Notes: generated by a model not told the origin, from the letters alone. DNA of 64,000 bases from a virus (IMGVR_UViG_3300006175_000012:1304-65303); one strand, 5' to 3'; numbered from the stretch's first letter, positions 28,558 through 40,398 are shown. Program-made: numbers and translations.

Positions 28558-29826
28558 ACCGCCAGGTTCGCTCTGTTCGGGGCTTTCCGCAGGCCGGGTG
28601 GAGCGCGGGCGCGGCATTCGGTGCGGCGATGTCGAGTTGAAGTAGACAATGCGACACTTGCGCCATGCCCGACGCGCCGACCCCGATCCAGATCCTCGCG
28701 ACCGGCCCGGACTGGACCTGGTACTGCGACGCCACGATCGCCATACACGGCGCCGACTACTCCCGGCGACGCGGACAATGCCGATGCGGCTGGCGAACCA
28801 GCGACGCACACTCCAGTCAGATGCAGGAACTGCTCGACCTGTGCGACCGGCATCGGACCACCAGCGCACAACGGCGCGGCGAGTACCGCCGCACCCTGCC
28901 GCCGAGTACACGCACGCCTGAGGAGATGGACGCGGAGATCAACGCGGGCCTGGACGCGATACACGCGATCATCGGCGAGATGGAGGAACGCTACGGCTGA
29001 CCTCGAGGCCGCCACTTAGGCGCTGACAGGCGGTCACGCCGCCTCGCGTGCCCGGCTGACCGGCGCCTCCAGCAGCAGCGCCGCCAACTGCGCCAGCAGA
29101 CCCGGGACGCCGCACGTGCACGGCCCTTCGGTCTCGTCGTAGAACCGGCAGTTGACCCAATGCGTCCAGTTGCGTTCCACCGCGGCGGCTTGCAGGCGCG
29201 CGGCGAGGTCCGGCGAGACGGTGACCATCACGCCCCCTGTGTAGCGCACGATGCTGACAAACGCACCCGCCGCGTCGTATCGGCGCGCTAGTCTCGAACC
29301 TGCGCGCCTTCCCCGCCCCCGTGACTGGCGCGCCTGGCCCTGGACGTTTCGGGCCGCGCTGTCCCGGCCGACCCCCCAGTGCCGCCGGGACAGCGGCGTC
29401 TCAACGCCCCCGCAGGGACTCCGCGACCAGGTGCCGCCCGAACTCCAGATGCACCCCGACCACGCCCGTCCACGTGCGGGACCGCCAGCCGCCGCACACG
29501 CAGAAACCCCAACTGCCGTGACGGCCAGCCCAATACATGACCGGCTCGTGCTCACCCACTGGGCACCGCGTCCGGATCGACGAACGTGGCGTACGTGTCG
29601 ATGCTCTTCTGCCGCCCCGCGAACACCGCGCATACCAACAGCGTGCCGCCCTTCGCCCGCGCATCGGCCTGCGCCATGTCCTCGGCGATGCGCGGCTCGT
29701 CGGTTGGGTAGTACTCAAGCCACCGCTCGCGGGACTCGACCCACCACCCGACCACAGTGCACCAGTCCATCTCCTCCCGCAGCTCCTCGGCGAGGATCTC
29801 CGCAGCGTCGCGCACCTCGTCCGCCA

Positions 29827-30340
29827 TCACTTGCGCCCCGCGCTGCGCGAACCGGCATAGCTGGACTTGTACGACGACGAGCCGCCGGAACGCGAGCCGC
29901 CGCCGTACGACTTCGTGGTGCGGCTGCCGCCGCCGAACTGCGCCGTGTTCACCTTCGAACCCGTCACCGTGCCGCCCGCCGAGGACTTGTAGACGGCTTT
30001 CGCGGACGCGTCCTTGATCTGCGTGCGGTACGCGGTGGAGAAGTGCACGATCGTCACATGCGTGTACGTCGAGCGGTAGCTGGCGGGCAGATACGTGTTG
30101 TAGTAGGCGGGGCTGGACCAGTACGACCAGTACATCTGCTCCCAGCTGAGCGGCATCGGCGTGGGGATCGCCCCGGCGGGGCACAGGCCAGCGGCGATCA
30201 GGTTGTACGCCTCCTGCGTGGTGGTCGTGTAGTAGCAGTCGTACACGTTGCCGACGGTCTGGTAGTAGGCGGCCGGCGTGTAGGTGGCGTCGTCGCCTCC
30301 GTAGCCGGAGCCGCACGCGGCGGTGGAGCCTATGAGTGCT
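29827..30340 (-). pseudogene. 5'-truncated lipoprotein gene
   Basis: Frame reads ALIGSTAA-C-GSGY.. directly after an in-frame TGA; no start codon or n-region. Confidence 0.45.
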
Positions 30341-31046
30341 CACGTCATTCACTCCGTCGGCGTAGGTCGGCCCCGACGCAACGTGCACCGCCTCGTTGAG
30401 CGCGGTCGCGATCTCCTCGGCGAGGTCGTGCTGTACCTGCAACTCGCTAAGCGTGAGCCCAGGACGCAGCCTCATCGGGTGGCCGCTCATGCCGCCGCCT
30501 CGATATCCGCGAGCGCCTGCAACTCGCCGACTCCACCCGCGTCCGCGAGATCCGTGAGCATCAGCCCGAAACGCTTGCAGTAGTCCGATGCGCCCGGCTC
30601 GGCCGGCAGAATCGCACACGGGGCCCGGTCGCCCTCACCGAGCTGCCACACCTCGTACGTCTCACGCGCAGCCACCCGAACCCAGCCCTGCGCCGCGAGG
30701 TAGGCGCGCGCCGCAGGCGGGGTATGCCGCCATGGGTCAACGGCGTTGGCGGGATGCGCCAGACGCAGCGAGCGGACGCGGGCCAACTCGCCGGCGAGAG
30801 CGTCAACGACGTCCGGCAGCTTCTCGCGCGCCAGCAGCCCGTCGGAGGTGTCCGCGCGCGCAGTAGCGGCCAGGGCGCGGTACTCGGCCAGGTCGGTCAT
30901 CGCGGAGGCTCCGTCTCGTCGTCGCTCAGGCTCTCGATCTGTTGCAGCTGAGACTGTGCTCGCGCCCGCAGCGGCGAGCAGGGACTGGCATTCGGCCACG
31001 GCCTGGTGGACGGCGATCGTGGTCGTGTAGTTGAGCGGTCTGGGCA

Positions 31047-31466
31047 TTACCCGCGCCTCCCATCCGTGGCGAAGTCCGGGTCGATGCCGAGGATCGTGTA
31101 CGGGCTGACGGGCTCGGGTTTCCCGCTGCCCGCGCGGATGTCGGAGCGCGCCATGATCCCGGCGACTTTCGACGCCAGCACGGCGCGCGTGACCGCCGCG
31201 TCCTGCGTGAAGTGCTGCATCGCGCACAGCGCCGTGAGCGCCACGTCTGCCAGTTCGTTCAGCAGGTCGTCCTGCGTGTGGGTGACGCCCTTGCGCGGGT
31301 TCTGGCCCACCATCCCGATGTACGCGGCTGCGGCCTCGCCGGCTTCCTCGACGAGTTTGAGCACGCGCATCGAGTCCTCGTGCGGGCCCGACTCGTTGGA
31401 GCGGTCGAGCCACGCGGTGATGTCGCGAACGTCCGCGAACGGGTCCCAGGCGGTTGCGTGGTCCAT
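31047..31466 (-). CDS. MazG-like nucleotide pyrophosphohydrolase
   Basis: KLVEEAGEAAAAYIG..GQNPRKG..NELADV. Confidence 0.85.
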   Translation of the reverse strand: MDHATAWDPFADVRDITAWLDRSNESGPHEDSMRVLKLVEEAGEAAAAYIGMVGQNPRKGVTHTQDDLLNELADVALTALCAMQHFTQDAAVTRAVLASKVAGIMARSDIRAGSGKPEPVSPYTILGIDPDFATDGRRG

Positions 31467-32621
31467 CGTCAGTCCCCTTGTTTCTCGGTGGCGGACGCGG
31501 TCTCGGCCGCGAACGTGAGCAGGTCGTCCAGGGTCCGCACCCAGTACTCGTCGTCGGGTGGCGGCAGTTCGCTGGCGTCGCCGGGCAGGTCGCGCAGCAG
31601 CCGGGCGTGCAGCGCCTCGAACGCGTTGCGCCACCGGTCGCGCTGAAGTTCAGCACGGCGGGCACGATTGCCCAGGGCGTTAAGGCCCTCGCGCGCCTCG
31701 GCCAGATCGGCCTTTACGGAGGCGACTGCGGCATCCCGCCACGCGATCAGGTCCGCGACGATCTCGGTCTCGCCCATCGGCGTGAAGTCGGCCTCGGTCA
31801 TCGTGCCGTACTGCCAGGCCTCCCATGAGCGCGTGCAGGCGTACTCGCCGTGCAGGATCTCGTGCAGTTCGTCATCGGCGCCGGGCGCCGCGTTGTCGGG
31901 CATCAGATCTCCAAGGCGCGCTTGAGGTCGGCCAGGAACTGGTTGACGGCGAGCTGCGGCCCGCGTGCGAACGCGTCGACGATCCCGCGCGCACGCTCGA
32001 CCTGCAGGCAGGCGTGCTCGTACTCTTCGCGGACGGTCGGCTCCCAACCGGTGTACTTCGCGAGCTCGACGGTCAGTCGCTCGATCTCCCGCCTGCGCGC
32101 CTCGTTCTGCGCGTCTAGCAGCCGGATCGCCGACGCCGACTCGGGCATGCAGCCCGCGCCGTCCAGGTAGTCGATGCCATCCTGGATCGCGGAGTAGCCG
32201 GGGTGCGCGGACAGCACGGCAGTGTCGTCGGCGTTGGTCTGGTCGGCCATCAGAACGCGCCGCCCGAGACCTGCTCGAACGCCTCTAGCGCGTCCGCGAG
32301 TACCTCGCCGTCGTCCACGATGGCGCGCAGCCACGACGGAACCTGCAGGCGCAGTGTCGAGGCAATCGGGTCGCCCTCGCACACGTCCGCGATTGCGGTC
32401 TCGAACAGCAGCGGCAGACCGAAGCCGAAACGCTCGGTACCGCCCACCAGCGCGATCTTCGGGTAGAAGTGTTCGATGTTCCAGGGCGTGTTGTTGACGG
32501 CTGCGAGCCGCCGCATCATCTCGGCGGGTTCGGGCATCTTGGTGAGCTTCACGGGTGTTCCTTCATTGGTAGCGGATCGGGTGGCCCCGCCCGGCGCGGG
32601 GCTCGGGCGGGGAAGGGCCGG

Positions 32622-32891
32622 TTAGGCGGCAGCCTCGGCGTGGATCGCGTCGAGCGTCGCGTTCAACTGGTCGCGGGGAACCAGGACCTCGCGTGCGGAC
32701 GACCCGCACGCAGGGCCGACGATGCCGCGCTCCTCCATCAGGTTCAGCAGCCAGCCGCACTTGACGAACCCGACGCGCATCCAGCGTTGGAGCGCGGACC
32801 GGGCGGCGTGCTGGGTCTTGATGACGCGCTCGGTGGCTTGGAGAAGTAGTTCGAGGTCGTCACCGATCGATGAGCGGACGCGCTCGGGCAT
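32622..32891 (-). CDS. Stand-alone FtsK gamma (winged-helix) domain protein
   Basis: SALQRWMRVGF..LLNLMEERGIVGP..GSSAREVL. Confidence 0.85.
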   Translation of the reverse strand: MPERVRSSIGDDLELLLQATERVIKTQHAARSALQRWMRVGFVKCGWLLNLMEERGIVGPACGSSAREVLVPRDQLNATLDAIHAEAAA

Positions 32892-34561
32892 GTCAGGCTC
32901 CGTTCTTGGCGTCGCAGGCGACGCACGTCATGGGCGACTCGTAAGCCATCTCGTCGCGCGGCGCGAACTCGCCGCAGATCTCGCACTCCGCCAGCGACTC
33001 GCAGTACGAGCACGGCGCGCTGATGTGGCATGAGCAGGAGTCCTCGCCGGTCATCGCGCGCAGCCGGGCGTAACCCTCTTCACGGCCCCACTGCGTCTCG
33101 GCGGCGCGCGAGGCGCCCTGCGGGATGACGCCCGCGACGAACCGGTCGTAGTCGCGCTGTTCGGGCGTCATGCGGTTCCAGATCGCGAGGCGGCGCTCCT
33201 GCGCGGTGGTCATCAGCGGCCTTCCGGGTCGAGGGAATCGAGCAGTTCGCGGCCCGCGTCGGCCGGGACGGCGGTGAGACGCAGATCCGCGTTGATCGGG
33301 CCAGGCTTCAGCAGCCCCGCCTCAAGCAACTCCTCGACCTCGGCGGTCATCGTCACGTTGCGAGGCTCGGGCGACCGGTCGATCCACCAGACGATGCGGT
33401 GGCCGCCGCTGGAGTAGCCGCGGAAGACGCGGCCGTCTGCGGCGGCGCGCAGGGCCGCGAGCCGGGCGGGGGAGAGGGTGGGCATCAGGCGCTCGCCTTC
33501 GCGAACTCGGGCAGCTCGCACGCGGCGTGCGCCACCGGCAGCCACCGGTCCGGCTCCATGTCCAGCCGCGAGATGTTCCCGAGATAGCCGTACGACCTCG
33601 GGTGCACATACACGCCGATACCGTCCTCGGTCCAGTAGGCGTACGCGCCGGGGACATGGTGCGACTCGTCGAACCGCTGATAGCGGGGGGCCGCGTTGCC
33701 GTCGATCCACAGGTAGCCCAGTTCGTCCTGGAAGACGGCGCCCGCCTTCGTCGTGGAGATCGGCACCCACCCCCAGCTCGCGGGCGTCTTGGCGATGTCG
33801 CGCACGCGGGGCGGGGTGGGCCAGCCGGGCAGGTCGAACGCGCGGGCGTGCGGGGAAGTGGTCATCAGGAGGCTCCGATCAGGTCGGTCAGGCGGGCGCG
33901 CTTCGGGCTCTTGACCTCGTAGCCGTCGATCACGGCGTCGAGCAGAGCGCGGTCGGCCTCGCTGTAGCCGAACCCCCACACCAGGCGGCGCGCGGTTGCG
34001 GCCAGGCCGACCTGCTGCGGTTCGGTGGCGGTGGCGGCGCGGTAGGCCTTCGCGGCGGCGCGGCCCACGGCCGAGGCGTATGTGCGGATCAGGCCGGCGG
34101 AGGCTCCGCGTGCGGCGAGCAGGTCGGCGACGGTCACGACGCGGGCGGCGGCGTTCACGCGGGCCGCGATCAGCGCGAGGTTGAAGCGGCGGCGCTGCGC
34201 GGAGTCGAACCGGCCGGGCTTGTCGGCGCGGCGGGCGCGCGGCGCCTTGGGCTGGCGGTCCATCGGCAGCTTCATCTCGGGGTCCCCTCCGGTTGGTTCT
34301 CTGATCGGGCGAGCGAGGATGCCCGGCCCCGAAGGGCCGGGCGGGGGGTCTCAGTAGCTGAGTCGCTCGACGTAGCCGTAGCCGACGCTTTCGGCGATGT
34401 TGGCGTGACCGCTGCAGAGCCGGAAGTCGATGCGGCCGGTGTGCTCGTTGCGCACGATGGCGTCGACCTTCTTGGTGCACTTCGCCTCGTCGCACTGGCT
34501 GTAGGCGGTCTGCGTGGTCATTTCCAACTCCTCGGCTTGGCGTCTCCCGCTAACACCAATC

Positions 34562-34642
34562 ATAGGCCAACACGTAGCCCTGTCAATAGGCCAACGCATA
34601 GCCCAACAAGATTCTTCCGTGTTGCCCTTTTCGTTGGCCAAC
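34562..34642. promoter_or_regulatory. Repeated operator-like boxes ATAGSCCAAC in a divergent intergenic region
   Basis: ATAGGCCAAC 34562 and 34586, ATAGCCCAAC 34598, palindrome GTTGGCCAAC 34633; minus-strand TTGACA overlaps the second box. Confidence 0.6.
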
Positions 34643-34655
34643 TCGTCGTGCAATC

Positions 34656-34922
34656 ATGAGGACCATGGCCACTCGCGAACCCACCGCCGAGCACTCGGAC
34701 CTCTTCGCCCGCTTCAAGCGGCATTACGAAGCCGCAAACAAGCTCGAACCCGACGTGAAAACGGCGGCTGTAGAGGAGATGCGCGCCGGCATGACCGTCG
34801 GCCAACTCGCGAAGGCCACCGGCATGACAGACGAAGTGTTCCGTCGGCTGGCCCGAGCGAACGGGATCGATCGACACCGCGAGCCAACGGTCGGCAAGGA
34901 CGCGAAGCCGAAGGACTCCTGA
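34656..34922 (+). CDS. Small HTH regulator, opposite to the operon
   Basis: RAGMTVGQLAKATGMTDEVFRRLARANG. Confidence 0.7.
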   Translation: MRTMATREPTAEHSDLFARFKRHYEAANKLEPDVKTAAVEEMRAGMTVGQLAKATGMTDEVFRRLARANGIDRHREPTVGKDAKPKDS

Positions 34923-34927
34923 CCGCA

Positions 34928-36589
34928 TCACGCCGCCCGAAGTCCGTCGAACTGAGTGGCGGCCAGCGGCGGCTGCCCATCGCCCTCGCACCCGTGCTTG
35001 CGCATGCCGCCGCTGGCCGCCACCGACCGCACCTGGCCGCAGCCCGGGCATATCCCCTTCGGGCGTCCCGTCTCGGACAGCGCCTGCCGCTCGCGCGAGT
35101 ACGCGGATATCGCGTCAAGGCACGCCCGGCAGGGACTCTCGCCGAGTCGGCGATGCCGCTGGTAGCCGTAAGGCTTCCCGCACGCGTTCGATGCCGCTGC
35201 TTCCCGCGCGGCCAGCTTCGGCATCCGCTCGCGGCCGACCGTTTCCTTGAACGTCGCCCGCAGGCTCTCGATCTCGCGGGCCTGTGAGGCGATCACCCGC
35301 CGCTGTTGCTCGCACTGCCCCCGCAGATCCGCGAGTTGCACCTCTTGCGCGGCGAGGCGGCGGCGCGCGGCCGTCAACTCCCGCTCCAGCGCCCGCGCCT
35401 CGCCGCGCTGCGCGTCCTCGCGTTTCCACATCCGGCACGGCGCGCACCTCGGGATCCGTTCGCGCTTATGCCGGTTCCAGCCCTCCCGGGTGCCGCACTC
35501 CGGCCAGCGCGGATCGTCCTTGCTCGGCGGCAGCTCCCTCGGCGCCCTGGCTTTCGCGCCGACCTTGCGCCGGTTGACCGCCGCCGCCGCCTCGTCCGTG
35601 GTCGTATCCAGGTATACGGAGGTCACCGAAATGTCCGAGTGCCCGAGGATGTGCGCGATCAGCGCGGGGTCGGCCTTCGCCTCACGGGCGAGCAGCGTGC
35701 CGGTGGTGTGGCGCAGCCCGTGCGGCACGTAGTGGCGGCCGAGCGCGGAGCGCGCGCAGCGCTCCACGATCCGGCGCACCATCGCGGCGTTGAACCGGTG
35801 CCGCTCCGGCGAGAGCAACAGTGCCTGCGCGTCGCCCTTGATCAGGTGGTGGTTCTTGTCGTACCGGTCAGGAGTGTCGCCAGGCACTGGGCGCCATTGG
35901 TCGATGTAGTCGCGGATCAGCGTGGCGCAGGCGTCGGTGAGCGGCACCGTACGTGCCTTACGTCCCTTGCCGCGGCGGATCTGCGCCACCCAGTGCCCGG
36001 ACGGCTCCGCCTCGATGTCGCCCAGGTCGAGGTTCTGCACGTCGCCGTTGCGCAGCCCGGATTCACCGGTCAGCCGGATCACGATCTCGTCGCGCACCCA
36101 CGCGCCGCGGTCGCCGTGGTAGGAGCCGTGGCCGGTACGGGCCGCAGCGATCATCGCTTCCAGTTCGGGGCGCGAGAGCGCCGCGCGTTCGGGGCCGGCT
36201 TTCTTGCGCGGCAGTGGGGGTGTCGCGACGTCGCGCATCGGGTTCTCGCGCAGCCACCGGTTGGCGTCGGCGAACGCGAACAGCCCCTTGCCCGACTTGT
36301 GGCAGTGGCGCAGCGTCGCGGGGCCCGCGCCCTTCTGGGCGTGGCTCGGCAGCCGTGCGCCTTGGACGCGGTAGTGCGCGAGCCATTCGACGATCTCGGC
36401 GGCCTCGACGCTGTCGCAGGTACGGTCGGGGCCGAGGTGGTCGACAAGGCGCCGGGAGTAGGCGAGGTAGCCGCGGGCGGACTGGGCGCTGAACGTGTCG
36501 GCGTCGACGCGGGCGAGCAGGTGTTTTTCGTAGGCGCGCCAGGCGGCGTCGAGGGTGACGGTCAGGTCGCGTTCGCGCGGGGCGGCCAT
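34928..36589 (-). CDS. Tyrosine recombinase (XerC/D-like) with a long Cys/His-rich C-terminal extension
   Basis: Catalytic set GLR, GKGRKAR, HGLRH, LGH, Y (SVYL); then two CG...RH.R...C..C motifs. Confidence 0.88.
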   Translation of the reverse strand: MAAPRERDLTVTLDAAWRAYEKHLLARVDADTFSAQSARGYLAYSRRLVDHLGPDRTCDSVEAAEIVEWLAHYRVQGARLPSHAQKGAGPATLRHCHKSGKGLFAFADANRWLRENPMRDVATPPLPRKKAGPERAALSRPELEAMIAAARTGHGSYHGDRGAWVRDEIVIRLTGESGLRNGDVQNLDLGDIEAEPSGHWVAQIRRGKGRKARTVPLTDACATLIRDYIDQWRPVPGDTPDRYDKNHHLIKGDAQALLLSPERHRFNAAMVRRIVERCARSALGRHYVPHGLRHTTGTLLAREAKADPALIAHILGHSDISVTSVYLDTTTDEAAAAVNRRKVGAKARAPRELPPSKDDPRWPECGTREGWNRHKRERIPRCAPCRMWKREDAQRGEARALERELTAARRRLAAQEVQLADLRGQCEQQRRVIASQAREIESLRATFKETVGRERMPKLAAREAAASNACGKPYGYQRHRRLGESPCRACLDAISAYSRERQALSETGRPKGICPGCGQVRSVAASGGMRKHGCEGDGQPPLAATQFDGLRAA

Positions 36590-36855
36590 CAGCGCGTCCT
36601 CGGGGGGACGCGGTCGGGATCGAGGGCGGCGAGCTGGGTCGCGGTGCGGTGGTGCACGCTGCGGCGCGCGTCGCCGAGGATGCGGTAGAGGGTGCCTTCG
36701 CTGATCTGCGCCCATTCGCTGATCTGCCGGACGGTCCATCCGGCCGCGCGCAGCGCGCGTAGGTGTGCGGCGACGGGCGGCGAGGGGACGAAGCCGGGAA
36801 TGCCTTGGACGCGGCGCAGGTACGCGCGGTGCTTGGTGAGTGCTGTGTCGGTCAC
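36589..36855 (-). CDS. HTH DNA-binding protein
   Basis: AGWTVRQISEWAQISEGTLYRIL. Confidence 0.7.
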   Translation of the reverse strand: MTDTALTKHRAYLRRVQGIPGFVPSPPVAAHLRALRAAGWTVRQISEWAQISEGTLYRILGDARRSVHHRTATQLAALDPDRVPPRTR

Positions 36856-38272
36856 GGGCTCTGCCTGAAGTCGGTCCGGGGGTAGGTGTCGGACAGGTGG
36901 ACGGTGACGGGAGCCGCGTCGGGCAGGCCGAGGCGGCGCAGGGTGAGGGTGTCTTTGTCACGGGCGAGCACGACCCAGGAGCCGTACGCCGAGTGGCGGC
37001 GTACGCAGGCGTCGGGCGAGGGGTGCGGGCGCGGGTCGAAGCCGGCGCATGCTGCTTCGCGGCGCGCGTCGCAGGGGCCGCAGTAGGTGCGTGCGTCTTG
37101 CGGCGGCTCGTAGGGGTGGGCGAGCCACGCGGCGCATCCGGCGCAGCAGCGCCAGTACGCGACCGGGACGGGGGCGTGGGGGTCGGGAAGCGCGCCGGGT
37201 CCTGATTTCACCACGGGCCGCCGATCAGCATGTGCGCCGCGGCCGTGACCGCGAGCGCCGCTGCCGTCATCGCCCCGAGCGTGCCGAGCAGCTGGACCGG
37301 CCACGGCGGACGGCGGCGCGCGCGGCGGGTCACGTCGCCTCCGCCCATCGCCGCGCGAGCCGTTCCCGCTGCTCGACCTCCTCCCGTTCGGCCACCTCGA
37401 CCCGGCACTGCGGGCAGATCGGGTCCTCATCCTTAGCGAGCGTCGCCGGATCGACCTTGGGCAGCGCGCACTGCCAGCAGGGGGCTAGCGCTCCGGGCGG
37501 GCGGCGCACCCAGACCTGGTAGAGCCCGCAGCCCGCGCATTTGACCTGGTCGTGCGTGCGGGCCATTTTCGACGCCCACTCCATCAGGCCCAGGCTGGTG
37601 TCCGGGATCGTGTGCTCGGCGCCGTTCGGGCACGGCAGTTCGACCGCCGGTTGGCGGGTCACGTTCTCGCCCACAGCAGGTAGGCCATGGATGCGGCGGC
37701 GAGCAGCACGACCAGCCAGTAGGCGGCCCGGTAGCGGCGCTGCGCGCGGCGGATTTCGCGCACCTCGGTCTCGCGGGCTTGGGCGTAGGCGGCGGACTGC
37801 TCATCCCATTCCCTGCCGCAGGTGACGCAGTGACGGCTCATCGCTTTCCCCATTCCGGGTCGATCTCGGGCGCGGGCAGTCGTTCGTCGGCGCGCCGCCA
37901 GGAGCGGGCGTAGCGGATCGATCGGCGCGGGTGCACGGCGAGAGCGAGCAGCACCAGCGGAACACCCGCGATCCACGCGACCCCCCGGCGGTCACCGGTC
38001 GCGGCGTCGTAGGCCCGGTCGAACAGGCGCCCGGGCAGCCGGTAGTGGCCGGCCGCGAAACCGGCGGCGGCGGCGAGCGCGAGCCAGATGGCGCTCATCG
38101 CATGCCTTTCGCACGCATCCGGTGCCCGACGTGCCACGAGCCGCAGAACCTGCACCGATACGCCACGTACTGCGCGGGGCTGGCGCCGTTGCGGATCAGG
38201 CCCCAGCGGTGCCGCTCGGCCGTCGCCCTGTCGGGGTGGCGAGCCTTGCCGGTGCAGGCCTTGGCGCGCGTC

Positions 38273-38680
38273 TCAGGCATCGCCGTCGCCTCGCACCGCG
38301 TGCGGGTTGCCGCCGCCGTTGGACGGACACGCCCACAGCGTCCCGTAGGGCTTCTCGACCGGCACGAGCCCGGCGGTGGCCGGGTCGAGGCATTCGACGC
38401 CGCCCTCGGGCCGGGTGCGCTGGTGCCGGTCGAACGCGGTCATCGAGCTGAAGGTGCGATGGCACTTCGGTCCGCCACAGTGCGCGGTGCGGTTGCCGGT
38501 CCACCATGCGCCGCAGGCGTGGGTGTGCGCCCAGGCGGGCCGGGCGTCGGGCGTGAATGCCTCTGCGCGCGTTCCTTGGTCTTGCTCTGGCGCGTCGGCG
38601 AGCACTGAGCGACCCTCGCTGAGTTCACCCCTCTGGGAGTGGATTGGCGTATCCGTGGCGAGGGCTTCGGTCTCGGTCAT
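38273..38680 (-). CDS. Phage FDxHR-type zinc-binding protein
   Basis: HC..KCHRTFSSMTAFDRHQ. Confidence 0.7.
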   Translation of the reverse strand: MTETEALATDTPIHSQRGELSEGRSVLADAPEQDQGTRAEAFTPDARPAWAHTHACGAWWTGNRTAHCGGPKCHRTFSSMTAFDRHQRTRPEGGVECLDPATAGLVPVEKPYGTLWACPSNGGGNPHAVRGDGDA

Positions 38681-38741
38681 GATCTGTCCTTCGGTTCGTT
38701 GGTTCCGTGCCGCCGAGCGGCGGCCATTCGCGTCGGGCTAT

Positions 38742-39227
38742 TCACGCCCCGCCGCCCTTGCGCACGAGCGTGAGCACCCCGAGTTCGATCGCCCGGCGCA
38801 CCGCATGGGCCCGGTTTCGCGCGGACAGCGCACGGCGCAGGTCGATCACCCGGCTCTTCGCGACGTCCGCCGAGGTCCCGCGCTCCCGCGCGATCTGCTC
38901 GTCCGTCGCACCCCGCGCGATCAGCAGCAGCACCGCGAACTGCTCCGCCGTCAGCACCCCGCGGCCGTCCGGCACCGGCTCCGGCGGCGTGAAGACCCCG
39001 ATCCGGTAGGCGCGGGCGACCATCGCGGCACGGTCCCCGATGCCGAGCTTCTCCGCGATCGCGGCGAGCTGGGTCTTGACCGTGAACGGGCTGATCCCGA
39101 GCCGTTTGGCGATCTCCCTGCTGGTCAGGCCGTCGCCGGCGAGGTCGAGGACCTGGATCTCGCGCGGGGTCAGCCGGGGGCGCTCGGCCGGGACGGGCGG
39201 GGCGTCGGAGAACGCGACGGCGGTCAC
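38742..39227 (-). CDS. Tandem LuxR-type HTH regulator
   Basis: LTPREIQVLDL..GLTSREIAKRLGISPFTVKT; second LTAEQ..GATDEQIA repeat. Confidence 0.85.
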   Translation of the reverse strand: MTAVAFSDAPPVPAERPRLTPREIQVLDLAGDGLTSREIAKRLGISPFTVKTQLAAIAEKLGIGDRAAMVARAYRIGVFTPPEPVPDGRGVLTAEQFAVLLLIARGATDEQIARERGTSADVAKSRVIDLRRALSARNRAHAVRRAIELGVLTLVRKGGGA

Positions 39228-40030
39228 TCGGCACCAGCCTTCGCGCGCTGCGCCTGCCGCTGGCGGGACAGCTGCCGGATTTTCTCGTCGGGATGCAGAT
39301 GTGCCCACGACTTGCCGAGCTTGATGTGACTCACGGTCGTCTGCTTAATGCCGAACGCCGCGGCTATGGATTCCTGAAGTTCGCCATCCGCGAGACGCGC
39401 ATGGATCTCCCTGACCTTCGCCTCGCTTAAGCGGGCCAGCGGGTTGCGCTCTCCGCGAAGAACCGGCGGCGGCACATGCCGACCCTTCGCCATCGCGTCG
39501 TGGATGTTGTCCGCTTGGGACCCAGGGCGCAGATGTCGCGGATTGCAGCACGGCGGGTTATCGCAGCTGTGCAGCAGCTTCTTGCCTGCGATGTCCTCGC
39601 CAGTGGCATGCTCGAAGGCATACCGATGGGCGAGCACCTTCGTGCCTCGCTTGGATCCCGTGAAGTAGATCCGGAAAACGCCGTAGCCCTTGTTGTTGAG
39701 TTGCTTTGTCCACGGCCAGCAGGCATCAGGGCCGGCCGAAGTCTCGACCTTCGACCAGAACCGACGCGGGACCGCATCGGGGTCCTGGCCCTGCAGGTAA
39801 CCGCCAACGACCCCGGTCGTGCGCATCCGCTGGTAGTGGCCATCGCATAAGCCGAAGCTGGAACTCCGATTGGGGCAGGTTGCGACCGCGCATGCGGTCA
39901 CGCCAGCCGCACTGCGGCATCTGGCCCCGCAGTACTCGCGGAGGGTGAAGAGCGAGTGCCCCTCGTTCCAGTTGCGGCCGAACTCTTCGCCGCAGTTCTT
40001 GCACTTCTTGAGGGTGACGCCGCCGCTCAT
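39224..40030 (-). CDS. HNH endonuclease
   Basis: CWPW..GYG..AHRYAF..LHSCDNPPCCNPRHL..DNIHD. Confidence 0.9.
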   Translation of the reverse strand: MSGGVTLKKCKNCGEEFGRNWNEGHSLFTLREYCGARCRSAAGVTACAVATCPNRSSSFGLCDGHYQRMRTTGVVGGYLQGQDPDAVPRRFWSKVETSAGPDACWPWTKQLNNKGYGVFRIYFTGSKRGTKVLAHRYAFEHATGEDIAGKKLLHSCDNPPCCNPRHLRPGSQADNIHDAMAKGRHVPPPVLRGERNPLARLSEAKVREIHARLADGELQESIAAAFGIKQTTVSHIKLGKSWAHLHPDEKIRQLSRQRQAQRAKAGAE

Positions 40031-40398
40031 GCCGACACCTGCTTTGACCGGGTTCGGGCATCGCGCCGCTTGATCGCCTTGCGCTCCTCGGGCGTGGTGC
40101 CGCCGAGAATCCCGTGGTCGTCCCCGGACTCGAGTGCGAACGCGAGGCAGCGGGCGCGGGCGGTGCAGTCGAAGCAGATCCGCTTCGCCTCATCGACCTG
40201 GAGAAGTGCCGGGCCGCCGGTGTAGCTGATCGGGTAGAACAGGTTCTTGTCCTCGACGTCGCGGCACGCGGCCTCGTCGCGCCAGTCGTCGCCGTCGTCG
40301 GTGAACCGCGCCTTGACCGCGACGGCCCGCCGCGCCGCGCTGCCGTTGCGGGCTGCCATCGCGCCGAGCCCGAGCGCCGTGTGACGCGCCCCGCTCAT
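40027..40398 (-). CDS. WhiB-family transcription factor
   Basis: W..AAC..AKRICFDCTARARCL..GILGG.T.EER (four Cys). Confidence 0.92.
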   Translation of the reverse strand: MSGARHTALGLGAMAARNGSAARRAVAVKARFTDDGDDWRDEAACRDVEDKNLFYPISYTGGPALLQVDEAKRICFDCTARARCLAFALESGDDHGILGGTTPEERKAIKRRDARTRSKQVSA

